Below, piece by piece: positions 39,858 to 49,226 of a stretch of DNA of 64,000 nt (the stretch's first letter is position 1; each line of letters opens with the position of its first letter). The translations under genes were made by a program, and so were the position numbers. Source of the DNA: Actinomycetota bacterium (GTDB lineage Bacteria > Actinomycetota > UBA4738 > HRBIN12); contig DASZOO010000248.1 of the NCBI GenBank assembly GCA_035550775.1, forward strand, positions 124-64,123, written 5' to 3'. The notes under the pieces were generated by a model that had not been told where the DNA came from, made no database searches, and saw nothing but the letters and a program-made list of their open reading frames with translations.

Positions 39858-40334
39858 CTACTCCTCGGAAGCTTCGGGCGCCTCGGGCGCCTCGGACTCG
39901 GGCGCCTCGGCTTCGGGCGCCTCGGGCGTCGCCGATCCCTCGTCGGGAGTTGCCGCCTCCTCGGGCACCGAGGGTGCTTCGGCCGCGGCGATGGCCTTCG
40001 CCTGTGCCTTCTTCGAGAGCTTGGGCCCATCGCGCTTGGCCTCGCGGACCCTGACCTGACCCGCGGCGCTCGGGCGCTCGGCGACGAACGCGTCCCAGAT
40101 GCCGACCTTCACCATGAGGTTGCGCACCTGGTCGCTCGGCTGGGCGCCCACCCGCAACCAGTGCAGCGCTCGCTCCTGATCGATCTCGATCAGGCTCGGA
40201 TCCTCGAGCGGGTGGTACTTGCCGATGTTCTCGATGAAGCGGCCGTCACGCGGAGAGCGCTGATCGGCCACCACGACGCGGTAGAAGGGACGCTTGTTCG
40301 CGCCCATGCGCCGCAGCCGGATGCGTGTCGACAT
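39858..40334 (-). CDS. rpsP: 30S ribosomal protein S16 with acidic Pro/Glu/Ala-rich C-terminal tail
   Basis: [22 protein letters not shown] core. Tail encoded by short tandem gggcgcctcgg repeats. Confidence 0.85.
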   Translation of the reverse strand: MSTRIRLRRMGANKRPFYRVVVADQRSPRDGRFIENIGKYHPLEDPSLIEIDQERALHWLRVGAQPSDQVRNLMVKVGIWDAFVAERPSAAGQVRVREAKRDGPKLSKKAQAKAIAAAEAPSVPEEAATPDEGSATPEAPEAEAPESEAPEAPEASEE

Positions 40335-40361
40335 GTCTGCTTCCAGTCCTCGTTCGTCGTC

Positions 40362-41720
40362 TCATCGCTTCGGCAGCTTGGCCGAAGGCACCCTCATCGT
40401 GCCGGGCATGCCCGGCATCCGCTTGCCGCCCATCATCGTCCGCATCATCTTCCTCGCGCTCTCGAAATCCTTGAGCAACGAGTTGACGTCGGCGGTCGTG
40501 ACCCCGGATCCGTTCGCGATCCGCAGGCGACGGGACCCGGAGATGATACCGGGTTCGCGACGCTCGGCCGGGGTCATCGACAGGATCATCGCCTCGGCTC
40601 GCTTCAGCTCGCCCTCGTCGACCGCTTCGGCCATCTCCTTCATCGCGTTCCTGCCGCCGGGCATCCCGGGAAGCATCTTCAGGAGGTCGCCCATCGAGCC
40701 CAGCTTCTGCACCTGCCGGAGCTGGTCGAGGAAGTCCTCGAAGGTGAACTGCCCCTTCATGATGTTCTCTGCGGTCTTCTGGGCCTCGGCGGCGTCGAGC
40801 TGCTCCTGAGCCTTGTCGATCAGCGTGAGCACGTCGCCCATGCCGAGGATGCGTCCCGACATGCGGTCGGGGTAGAACGGCTCGAAGTCGCCGAGCTTCT
40901 CCCCCGTGCCGACGAAGTACACCGGACGCCCGGTGACGGCGGTGATCGACAGCGCCGCCCCGCCACGCGCGTCGCCGTCGAGCTTCGTGAGGATGAACCC
41001 GGTCGTGTCGACCTCTCGCATGAACTCGCGCGCCTGCACCACCGCGTCCTGACCCGTCATGGAGTCGGCCGCCATCAGCACGTGATGCGGCTTCGTCACG
41101 TCCTTGATCTTGCGCGCCTGCTTCATCATCTCCGGGTCGACGTGCAGCCGTCCGGCGGTGTCGATGATCACGACGTCGGCTCCCTGGCGGTCGGCTTCCT
41201 TGACGCCCTGCTTGGCGACCCTCACCGGGTCCCTGCCCTCCGACCACACGGGCACCGCGACCTCGCGGCCGAGGGTCCGGAGCTGTTCGATGGCGGCGGG
41301 GCGCTCGAGGTCGGCCGCGACCAGCAGGGGTCGCCTGCCCTTGTCCTTGAGCTGCTTCGCGAGCTTGGCGCAGGCGGTGGTCTTCCCCGAGCCCTGCACG
41401 CCGGCCACCATGATCACGGCCGGCCGGGCGCCACCGACCTCGAACGGCCGGTGCTCACCCCCGAGGGTCACCGTGAGCTCTTCGTTCACGACCTTCACGA
41501 CCTGCTGGCCCGGCGTGAGGCTCTTCATGACTTCCTCGGAGAGCGCCCGTTCGCGGACCCTCGCCAGGAGATCGTCGGCCACCTCGACGGCCACATCGGC
41601 CTCGAGCAACGCGGTCCGCATGTCGGACAGCGCGTTGTCGACCTGCTTGGGGTGCAGCTTGCCGCGAGACCGCAGCTTCCGGAACGTGCTATCGAGCCGC
41701 TCGGTGAGCGTGTCGAACAT
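40362..41720 (-). CDS. ffh: signal recognition particle protein Ffh
   Basis: N, G (GVQGSGKTT, DTAGR) and Met-rich M domains. Confidence 0.95.
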   Translation of the reverse strand: MFDTLTERLDSTFRKLRSRGKLHPKQVDNALSDMRTALLEADVAVEVADDLLARVRERALSEEVMKSLTPGQQVVKVVNEELTVTLGGEHRPFEVGGARPAVIMVAGVQGSGKTTACAKLAKQLKDKGRRPLLVAADLERPAAIEQLRTLGREVAVPVWSEGRDPVRVAKQGVKEADRQGADVVIIDTAGRLHVDPEMMKQARKIKDVTKPHHVLMAADSMTGQDAVVQAREFMREVDTTGFILTKLDGDARGGAALSITAVTGRPVYFVGTGEKLGDFEPFYPDRMSGRILGMGDVLTLIDKAQEQLDAAEAQKTAENIMKGQFTFEDFLDQLRQVQKLGSMGDLLKMLPGMPGGRNAMKEMAEAVDEGELKRAEAMILSMTPAERREPGIISGSRRLRIANGSGVTTADVNSLLKDFESARKMMRTMMGGKRMPGMPGTMRVPSAKLPKR

Positions 41721-41801
41721 CGGACCTCGTCGTGATCGGTGTCGGGTGGCACCGCGCGCCGGGCGGCCGCATGCCGACTAGGATTCTACCGGGGGGGTGC
41801 C

Positions 41802-42500
41802 ATGCACGAGTCCGACCTGCGAGACGTCAGCTTGGTCGCGGTGACGAGCCACGAGATGCGCGCGCCGCTCGCAGCGATCCGTGGCTTCGTGGACATGCTG
41901 CAACGCAAACGCTCCGAGCTGAGCGACGCGGAGGTGGACGAGTTCCTGCAGGTGATCGCGGTGCAGACGCAGCGACTGATCCGGCTGGCCGACGACCTGG
42001 TGACCATGGAGAGCCTGCAGGACAGCACGCTCGCGCTCGAGCACGAACCAATCGTGCTGGTGCCCGCCCTCGAGCAGCTCGTGCGACACCTGCCCGACGG
42101 CGACCGCGTCGAGGTCCGGGTGTCGGCCGATGCGCCTCCCACGATCGAGTCGGACGCGCTCCGGCTGGCACAGGTGCTCACGAACCTGCTGACGAACGCG
42201 TTGAAGTACTCGAAGGAAGGCTCCGACGTCGTCCTGGAAGCCGGGCCAGCCGGCGAAGGTTGCCTCGGCATCGCCGTGATCGACCACGGGATCGGCATCG
42301 ACGCCGATGAGCGAGAGCGGGTCTTCGAGCCCTTCTATCGAACGACCGAGGGGGCCCGGTCCGGCGAGGGGTCCGGGCTCGGCCTCGCGATCGCGAGGCG
42401 TCTGGTCGAGGCGCTCGGCGGGCGGATCTCGGCCGAACCGACGCCGGGGGGAGGCACGACGTTCCGGGTCACGCTTCCGGTTCGTGCGGCGGCTCGCTGA
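41802..42500 (+). CDS. minimal soluble histidine kinase (HisKA + HATPase only, no TM or sensor domain)
   Basis: H-box SHEMRAPLAAIRGF, N/G boxes (LTNALKYS, DHGIGI, GLGLAIARR). No hydrophobic segments. Met at MHESDL is the likely start. 3' end overlaps the convergent regulator gene. Confidence 0.65.
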   Translation: MHESDLRDVSLVAVTSHEMRAPLAAIRGFVDMLQRKRSELSDAEVDEFLQVIAVQTQRLIRLADDLVTMESLQDSTLALEHEPIVLVPALEQLVRHLPDGDRVEVRVSADAPPTIESDALRLAQVLTNLLTNALKYSKEGSDVVLEAGPAGEGCLGIAVIDHGIGIDADERERVFEPFYRTTEGARSGEGSGLGLAIARRLVEALGGRISAEPTPGGGTTFRVTLPVRAAAR

Positions 42501-42858
42501 GCACCCGTTCGACCGTGTCCAGCAGCGTGATCGGGCTGAACGGCTTCGTGAAGTACTCGTCGGCTCCCATCGCGATCGCTCGCTCCCGTCCTTCCTCACC
42601 GTCGGCGGTCACGATGATCACCCGCACGCCGGCCGTGAGAGGGTCCGACCGCATCTCGGACAACACCTCCGCTCCGCTCGACCCAGGGATGTTCATGTCG
42701 AGGAACACCAGGTCGGGAGGGTCGGCCCGGACCATCTCGAGCGCGCGCTGTCCGTCGGCCGCCTCCTCGATCGCGAACCCCTCGCCCTCCAGCACGAGGC
42801 GCATCGCCTCGCGCATGGTGGGGTGGTCCTCCACGATGAGGATCCTCGCGTCGGGCAC
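42469..42858 (-). CDS. single-domain response regulator (CheY-like receiver only)
   Basis: ILIVEDHPTMRE...DLVFLDMNIPG...IIVTA...KPF. 129 aa with no output domain. Directly downstream of ftsY. Confidence 0.75.
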   Translation of the reverse strand: MPDARILIVEDHPTMREAMRLVLEGEGFAIEEAADGQRALEMVRADPPDLVFLDMNIPGSSGAEVLSEMRSDPLTAGVRVIIVTADGEEGRERAIAMGADEYFTKPFSPITLLDTVERVLSEPPHEPEA

Positions 42859-42884
42859 CGCGACCCCTTCCGCTCCTCGCAGGA

Positions 42885-43946
42885 TCAGTCGGACAGCAGC
42901 CGGTCGGCGAAGGTCGCCGCGTCGAACGGCCTGAGGTCGTCGGCGCCTTCGCCCACCCCCACGAACCGGATCGGAACGCCCAGCTCCTCTCGCACCGCCA
43001 ACACGATGCCACCCTTCGCCGATCCGTCGGTCTTCGTCAGCACCACGCCGGTCACCTCGACGGCTTCCGTGAACGCCCTGGCCTGTGCGATCCCATTCTG
43101 CCCCGTCTGAGCGTCGAGCACGAGCAGGGTCTCGTCGACCGACGCGCCCGCCTTCTCGAGGACGCGCTTGATCTTGGCGAGCTCGTCCATCAGCGGAGCT
43201 TTCGTGTGGAGCCGGCCCGCGGTGTCGACGATCAGGACGTCGGCTCCTCGCGCGGTAGCCGACTTCACGGCGTCGAAGGCCACGGCCCCCGGATCGGCCC
43301 CGCGCTGCTGGCCCACGACGTGGGCGCCGGCTCGGGTCGCCCAGACCTCCAGCTGCTCCCCCGCCGCCGCTCGGAACGTGTCGGCAGCGGCGAGGCTCAC
43401 CTGCATCCCCTCTCCGGTGAGGCGTTTCGCGAGCTTCCCGATCGTGGTGGTCTTGCCCGTGCCGTTCACCCCCACGACCATCACCACCCCGGGGCGCCCC
43501 GCGGGCAGGCGGAGCGATCCGTCGGGCCCGAGCACCTCGACGATCTCGTCACGGAGCAGCGTGACCGGGTCGCCGCCGCCCGCGAGGTCGGCCCTGATGC
43601 GAGCGACCAGGTCGGCCGAAGCCTTCGGCCCCACGTCGGCCTTGATCAGCAGATCCTCCAGCTCGGCCCATGTGTCCTCGCTCGGGCCGCCCTTGAACAG
43701 CCCCTTGACCCTGGCCCCCAGGCCCTCCTTGCGGAACACGCCACCGGAGGGCCCCGGCTCTCGGCGAACCGGCTCGGGCCGCTGCTCGGCCGGATGCAGA
43801 TGCGTGGGGGCGCGAACGTGACCCGCGCCGGTGTGCGTCTCGCGCTCGAGCTCGCGGAGGCGGCTCCGGCGTGAGGATCGCAGCACGACGAACCCGACGA
43901 CGGCCACGACCGCGAGGATCGCGAAGACGATGACCCCTATCTCCAC
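42885..43946 (-). CDS. ftsY: signal recognition particle receptor FtsY
   Basis: N-terminal TM, NG domain (GVNGTGKTTT, DTAGR). Confidence 0.9.
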   Translation of the reverse strand: MEIGVIVFAILAVVAVVGFVVLRSSRRSRLRELERETHTGAGHVRAPTHLHPAEQRPEPVRREPGPSGGVFRKEGLGARVKGLFKGGPSEDTWAELEDLLIKADVGPKASADLVARIRADLAGGGDPVTLLRDEIVEVLGPDGSLRLPAGRPGVVMVVGVNGTGKTTTIGKLAKRLTGEGMQVSLAAADTFRAAAGEQLEVWATRAGAHVVGQQRGADPGAVAFDAVKSATARGADVLIVDTAGRLHTKAPLMDELAKIKRVLEKAGASVDETLLVLDAQTGQNGIAQARAFTEAVEVTGVVLTKTDGSAKGGIVLAVREELGVPIRFVGVGEGADDLRPFDAATFADRLLSD

Positions 43947-43955
43947 GGCCGGAGG

Positions 43956-46900
43956 CTAGCCGACCGGCTCGTCCTGCGGCACCTCGATCACCGGCTCGTC
44001 GTCGGCGGAGGTCTGCGGGGCGAACGCGGCGGCGGCGGCCTCACGCTCGCCCTCGAGCCGGGCATCGGTCTCGAGCGGTGTCGGGTGGTCGAACCGCTGC
44101 GCCACGACCTTCGTCGTACCGTCCTTGTTCAAGGAGATGCCGTACATCATGGCGGCGATCTCCATCGTGCGCTTCTGGTGGGTGACGATGAGCACCTGGG
44201 ATTCGCGCGCGAACCCCTCGACCAGACGCAGGAACCGGTGCAGGTTCACGTCGTCGAGCGCCGGCTCCACCTCGTCCATCAGGTAGAAGGGCGACGGCCG
44301 GGCGGTGAAGATGGCGAACAGGAAGGCCATGGCCGTGAGCGAACGCTCCCCCCCCGAGAGCAGGGAGATGCGCTTCACGCGCTTGCGTCCGGGGCTCGCC
44401 TCGATCTCGATGCCGCTGGTGAGCGGCTCGGAGGGGTCGGTCAGGACGAGCCGGCCCGACCCGCCGGGGAACAGGTCCGCCACGAGCAGCTCGAACTGCG
44501 AGGCGACGTCGCGGTAGGCGGTCGTGAACGTGTCCTCGATCTCGCGGTCCACCTGCGAGATCACCCCGAGCAGGTCCCGGCGAGCCCGCTTCACGTCGTC
44601 GAGCTCTCGAGCCATGAAGTCGTGGCGCTCCTGCAACGCCTCGAATTCACCGGAGGCGAGCAGGTTCACACGGCCGAGCAGCGCGAGGCGTCGCTGGACG
44701 AGCTCGGAGCGCTTCTCGAATGCCTCGACGGAGTCCTCGTCGGACAGTTCCGAGACGAGCATCTGCGGATCGGCTTGGTGGCCCTCGCGGATCAGACGCT
44801 CGGCATCACGGATGCGTCGCTCGATGTCGCCTCTGGTCCGGTCGTCCTCCTCGTAGACCTCGCGCAGCCGTTCGAGCTGATTCGACGCATCGCGCCATGC
44901 CTTGTTGACGGAGGCCTCGCGCTCGGCGATCTCGCGCTCGGCCGTGGCGGCCGCGTCTCGCTGCCGACTCGCTTCGGTGGCCGCCGCCTCGGCTCGGGTG
45001 GCCTCGGCCTCGGCAGCCACGCGGGCGGCCTCGGCCGACTCGAGCGCGGCGCGCATCGCGACGGGATCGTGGGCGGACAGCTCCTCGCGCTCGGCCCGCA
45101 GCGTGGCGAGCCGGACGTCGTGCGCCGAGCGGTCTCGGCGGAGCGTCTCGACGGACACCCGAGCCGAGATCGGCGGCTGCGGCACGGGCGGGAGGTCGGG
45201 CATCGTGTCGACGTCGACCGGGGCCAGCGCGGCGAGTCGTTCCCGGGCGATCGCCACGGACTCGTCGAGCGCCGCCATGCGCTGAGCGTGCAGCTCCTCC
45301 TCCGTCCGCAGGCCTGCCGAGGTGCGCTCGAGCCCGGCCAGCCGCTCCGCCACCGCCGTGATCTCGGCGTCCGCTGCCTCGATCTGCTCGCGCAGGAAGT
45401 CGACCTCGCTCGCGATCTCGTCGAGGCGCTCCCGCTTCGGGCCCAAGGCGTTGACCGTCGCGGAGAGGTCGTGGGCCACGACCTGCAGCTCGGCCTTGAT
45501 CTCGCGAGCCCTCGCGTCGGCTTCCTTCGCGGTGTGGATCACCGCCGGACCGACGAGCACCCCCTCGGGCGTCACGAACGACGCCGATGGGTGCTGGCGT
45601 TGCTTCTCGGCGGCCTCGGCGATGTCGGCGGCGAGGTAGACGTCTCGGAGCACCGTGCTCGCGATGCCCCTGGCCGCCGGCTCGGCCTCGACGGCGGCGA
45701 GGAGCTTGCGTTCGCCCTTCAGCCCGAGCGGCACGGGGCCGCCGGATGCGATCGCCAGGATCGCCCCGTCGCCGTCGGGAGCGTCCGCGAGCGCGCGCTC
45801 GCCGTCGTCGTAGACGACCGCGTCGGCCAGGGGCCCCAGCGCCGCGACGAGCGCGCGCTCGAGACCGGCCTCGACCCTCACGAGATCCCTCAGCAAGCCG
45901 ACCGCCCGGCGCCTGTGTCCCTCGAGGAACCGTGACCCGGCCGTCTCCTCGATGTCCCGGCGTCTCGCATCGAGCAGATCGCGGCGGGCCTCGTGACGCC
46001 GACGCACGTCGTCGAGCTGCTCGATCTTGTCGGCGAGGCCGCGACGCTCCGATTCGAGGGCGGCGAGCTTGTCGTTCATGGGCGCCGACTGATCGTCGAA
46101 CGTCTCGATCTCACCCTCGAGCCCGGCGCGCTCCGCGTCGAGCTCCGCGATGCGCTCGCGCACCGACGCCAGGGCGGCCGCGACGCGCTCACGCTCACGC
46201 TCGCTCGACGTGAGCGCGCGCTCGAGCGCGTCGACCTCTGCGCGTCGCCCGGCCGCTTCCTCGCCGGCTCGGCGACGGAGCTCCTCGATGCGGCTGCGAT
46301 CCCGCTCCGCCTGGCGGAACGCACCCTCCGCCTCCTCGAGCTCACGTTCGTGCTTCGCGAGCTCGTCGACCACCCCGGCGAGCTCGGCCTCGACGCGGGC
46401 GATCTCGTCGTTGACCGCATCGACCCGGACCGCGCGCGTGGCCTGCGAGGCGAGCTGTTCGCGCGCGGCCGCCTCGCGCTCCACCGCCTCCCGCAACGCC
46501 GATCCGGCCCGGCGACGATCCTCGGCGGTGCGGCGCGCCGTCAGCTCAGCGTCGGCGAGGGCGCTCGACGCGGCCGCGCGGGCATCGGCCGCCTCGAGCA
46601 CGTCATCGTCGAGCGCATCGAGCCGCTCGCGCGCCGAGATCCGCTCGTCGAGGCCGCGCTGCCAGCCCTCCGCCCGCCGTTCGCGCTCTCGCTGCAGGGC
46701 GCGCAGCCGGGCGGCCGCGAGCTTGCGCGACAGGCTCTCGGCCTCGGCCGTGAGTGCCTCGTGCTTCTTGGCCATCTCGGCCTGCTGCTGCAGCGGCTTC
46801 AGCTGACGTCGAAGCTCCGAGAGCACGTCGGCGAGCCGGAGCAGGTCCTGATCGAGGTTCCCGAGCTTGCGCTCGGCACGCTCCTTCCGACGGCGGTGCT

Positions 46901-47405
46901 TGGCGATGCCAGCGGCTTCCTCGATGTACCGACGGCGCTCCTCCGGCTTGGCGAGCAGGACCTCCTCGAGCTGTCCCTGGCCGACCACCGTGTGCAGGGC
47001 CCGGCCGATACCCGTTTCCGAGAGCAGCTCCTGCACGTCGAGCAGGCGCACGACCTGGCCGTTGATGCGGTACTCGGAGTCGCCGGATCGGAAGATCGTG
47101 CGCGCGACCTCGATCTCGCTCATCGGCACCGGGATCTTGCCCGCCGCGTTGTCGATCACGAGCTTCACCTCGGCCATGCCGAGAGCCGGCCGCGAGGGCG
47201 TGCCCGCGAAGATCACATCGGCCATGTGCCCACCGCGCAGCGACCGGGCGCCCTGTTCACCCAGCACCCAACTGATCGCGTCGACGAGGTTGGACTTGCC
47301 GGAACCGTTGGGGCCCACGATGACCGAGATGCCCGGGATGAACTCGAGCACCGTCTTGTCCGCGAACGACTTGAAGCCGCGGATGGCTATCGACCTGAGG
47401 AACAT
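43956..47405 (-). CDS. smc: chromosome partition protein Smc
   Basis: Walker A GPNGSGKSN, long coiled coils, hinge, C-terminal signature motif LSGGE and Walker B. Confidence 0.95.
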   Translation of the reverse strand: MFLRSIAIRGFKSFADKTVLEFIPGISVIVGPNGSGKSNLVDAISWVLGEQGARSLRGGHMADVIFAGTPSRPALGMAEVKLVIDNAAGKIPVPMSEIEVARTIFRSGDSEYRINGQVVRLLDVQELLSETGIGRALHTVVGQGQLEEVLLAKPEERRRYIEEAAGIAKHRRRKERAERKLGNLDQDLLRLADVLSELRRQLKPLQQQAEMAKKHEALTAEAESLSRKLAAARLRALQRERERRAEGWQRGLDERISARERLDALDDDVLEAADARAAASSALADAELTARRTAEDRRRAGSALREAVEREAAAREQLASQATRAVRVDAVNDEIARVEAELAGVVDELAKHERELEEAEGAFRQAERDRSRIEELRRRAGEEAAGRRAEVDALERALTSSERERERVAAALASVRERIAELDAERAGLEGEIETFDDQSAPMNDKLAALESERRGLADKIEQLDDVRRRHEARRDLLDARRRDIEETAGSRFLEGHRRRAVGLLRDLVRVEAGLERALVAALGPLADAVVYDDGERALADAPDGDGAILAIASGGPVPLGLKGERKLLAAVEAEPAARGIASTVLRDVYLAADIAEAAEKQRQHPSASFVTPEGVLVGPAVIHTAKEADARAREIKAELQVVAHDLSATVNALGPKRERLDEIASEVDFLREQIEAADAEITAVAERLAGLERTSAGLRTEEELHAQRMAALDESVAIARERLAALAPVDVDTMPDLPPVPQPPISARVSVETLRRDRSAHDVRLATLRAEREELSAHDPVAMRAALESAEAARVAAEAEATRAEAAATEASRQRDAAATAEREIAEREASVNKAWRDASNQLERLREVYEEDDRTRGDIERRIRDAERLIREGHQADPQMLVSELSDEDSVEAFEKRSELVQRRLALLGRVNLLASGEFEALQERHDFMARELDDVKRARRDLLGVISQVDREIEDTFTTAYRDVASQFELLVADLFPGGSGRLVLTDPSEPLTSGIEIEASPGRKRVKRISLLSGGERSLTAMAFLFAIFTARPSPFYLMDEVEPALDDVNLHRFLRLVEGFARESQVLIVTHQKRTMEIAAMMYGISLNKDGTTKVVAQRFDHPTPLETDARLEGEREAAAAAFAPQTSADDEPVIEVPQDEPVG

Positions 47406-47453
47406 CTGCAGCGGATGCTAACAGGCTTGTGATTCTGGATGTCTCAAGGTGGG

Positions 47454-47732
47454 CTAGCCAACGACGCGGAAACCGCGTTCCCCCGTGGCCGGCATCTCGC
47501 GAACCTCGACCGAGTCCACCCGAGCCGACGGCGGGCCCTCGCGACACCACCTCACCATGGCGTCGACGACGTCCGATGTCCCCTCGAACTCGGCCTCGAC
47601 GAGCCCGTCGGGGGTGTTCCGTACCCGCCCGCTCACGCCGAGCGCCCGAGCGCGCTCGGCGCACGTCGATCGGAAGAACACGCCTTGCACCCTGCCGCGC
47701 ACCTCGACCTGCACCCTGCGCACGTCGGTCAT
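47454..47732 (-). CDS. acyP: acylphosphatase
   Basis: VRGRVQGVFFR motif. 92 aa. Confidence 0.8.
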   Translation of the reverse strand: MTDVRRVQVEVRGRVQGVFFRSTCAERARALGVSGRVRNTPDGLVEAEFEGTSDVVDAMVRWCREGPPSARVDSVEVREMPATGERGFRVVG

Positions 47733-47785
47733 CGTGCCACCGAGAGGTCCGAGGCGCCTCGGCGGGTCGGGTACCCTGGCCGGCG

Positions 47786-48373
47786 ATGGTCACCTACGAC
47801 GCCCGCACCGCTCTGCTCGTCGTCGACGTCCAGAACGATTTCGCCGACCCTACCGGCAGCCTCTACGTCGAAGGGGGCGAACAGATCGTGCCGATCGTGA
47901 ACGCCGAGGTCGAGGCCGCTCGGGCCGCCGGAGCCCACGTCGTCTACACGCAAGACTGGCACCCCGAACACACACCCCACTTCCAGCGAGACGGCGGCAT
48001 CTGGCCGGTGCACTGTGTGGCGAACACCCACGGCGCCGAGTTCCACCCCGACCTCGAGGTGGCCGATCATCAGATCGTGCGGAAGGGCCACGACGGGCGC
48101 GACGGGTACTCCGGGTTCAGCGTCCGCGACCCGCTCTCGGGCGAGCGTGGCGACACCGTGCTGCACGAGATGCTCACGGCCGCGGGGGTCGAGCGCCTCG
48201 TGATCTGCGGGCTCGCCACCGACTACTGCGTGGTCGAGACGGTGCTCGATGCGCGGATGCTCGGCTATCCGGTCACCGTGCTCACCGAGGCGGTGCGCGC
48301 GGTCGGCCTGCAGCCCGGCGACGGGGACGCGGCGCTCTCACGCATGCGCGACGCGGGCGCCGAGCTGATCTGA
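47786..48373 (+). CDS. pncA: nicotinamidase/pyrazinamidase (isochorismatase family)
   Basis: ALLVVDVQNDF, catalytic Lys and Cys (ICGLATDYCV). True start Met at MVTYDAR (ORF 47429..48373 5' part is artefactual). Confidence 0.7.
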   Translation: MVTYDARTALLVVDVQNDFADPTGSLYVEGGEQIVPIVNAEVEAARAAGAHVVYTQDWHPEHTPHFQRDGGIWPVHCVANTHGAEFHPDLEVADHQIVRKGHDGRDGYSGFSVRDPLSGERGDTVLHEMLTAAGVERLVICGLATDYCVVETVLDARMLGYPVTVLTEAVRAVGLQPGDGDAALSRMRDAGAELI

Positions 48374-48383
48374 GTTCGACCGG

Positions 48384-49226
48384 TCAGCTCTGGCACTGCG
48401 GGCAGTAGAAGGAGCTGCGCTGGGAGATCTTCACGCTCTCGATCGGGGTGCGGCATCGGCGGCAGGGGAGCCCGAGCCGCCCGTACACCTTGAGCTCCGC
48501 CCGATACCCACCGGGTTCCCCGAACAGGTCGACGTAGGCCTCGTCATCGAGCGTGGTCCCCCGGAGCTTGATCGCGTCCTGCAGCACCTCTTGGATGGCG
48601 CGGTACAGGCGGCGCACCTCTTGCGAGGACAGGGCGTCGCTCATGCGGTCGTACCTGATGCCGGCATGGAACAGCACCTCGTCCGAGTAGATGTTGCCGA
48701 GGCCCGAGATGAACTTCTGATCCATCAGCAGCTGCTTCATCTTCGATGCGCGATCGGCGAGCAGGTACTGGAACGTGGGCCAGGTGAAGACCTGATCGAG
48801 GGGGTCGATCGCCAGGTGCTGCAGCTCCTTGACCTTGCCGAGCTCATCGGCCGAGGTCACGAACAGCTCCCCGAACGTGCGCGGATCGACGTAGCGCAGG
48901 TCACCCCGATGCTGGAACGTGAGCACGACCTGCGTGTGTGCCGGCAGAGCCACCCGCCCCGTGCCCCGCTGGAACCGGCCGCTCATGCCGAAGTGCGCGA
49001 CGAGCACGTCCTGGGAGTCGAGCGTGATGAGGATGTACTTGCCTCGGCGCTCGACCCTCGTGATCTTGTGGCCGACGAGCCGTGACGTGAAGTCCCTCCG
49101 CGTCTTGTGACGTCGGATCACGCGCATGGCGTTCTTCGATCCCTTGACCTCGGCCTCCTTGATGCGCAGGCCGACGACGTCCTTCTCGAGATCGCGGCGC
49201 ATCACTTCGACTTCAGGCAGCTCCAC
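48384..49226 (-). CDS. fpg: formamidopyrimidine-DNA glycosylase (Fpg/MutM family) with non-canonical N-terminus (M-E-L-P-E-V-E-V; Pro2 absent)
   Basis: H2TH domain and C-terminal zinc finger CRRC...CPQC. GTG start preceded by an AGGGGGGAA Shine-Dalgarno. The conserved MPELPEVE is replaced by (M)ELPEVEV. Confidence 0.75.
   Translation of the reverse strand: MELPEVEVMRRDLEKDVVGLRIKEAEVKGSKNAMRVIRRHKTRRDFTSRLVGHKITRVERRGKYILITLDSQDVLVAHFGMSGRFQRGTGRVALPAHTQVVLTFQHRGDLRYVDPRTFGELFVTSADELGKVKELQHLAIDPLDQVFTWPTFQYLLADRASKMKQLLMDQKFISGLGNIYSDEVLFHAGIRYDRMSDALSSQEVRRLYRAIQEVLQDAIKLRGTTLDDEAYVDLFGEPGGYRAELKVYGRLGLPCRRCRTPIESVKISQRSSFYCPQCQS

Noticed and set aside
42469-42500. 32-nt overlap of the kinase and regulator 3' ends as a frameshift or annotation error
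   Set aside because: Both reading frames are independently supported by complete domain motifs up to their stops. Convergent overlap is retained as genuine.
44085-45935. 616-aa plus-strand ORF inside smc (antisense)
   Set aside because: Same high-GC artefact. smc on the minus strand is unambiguous.
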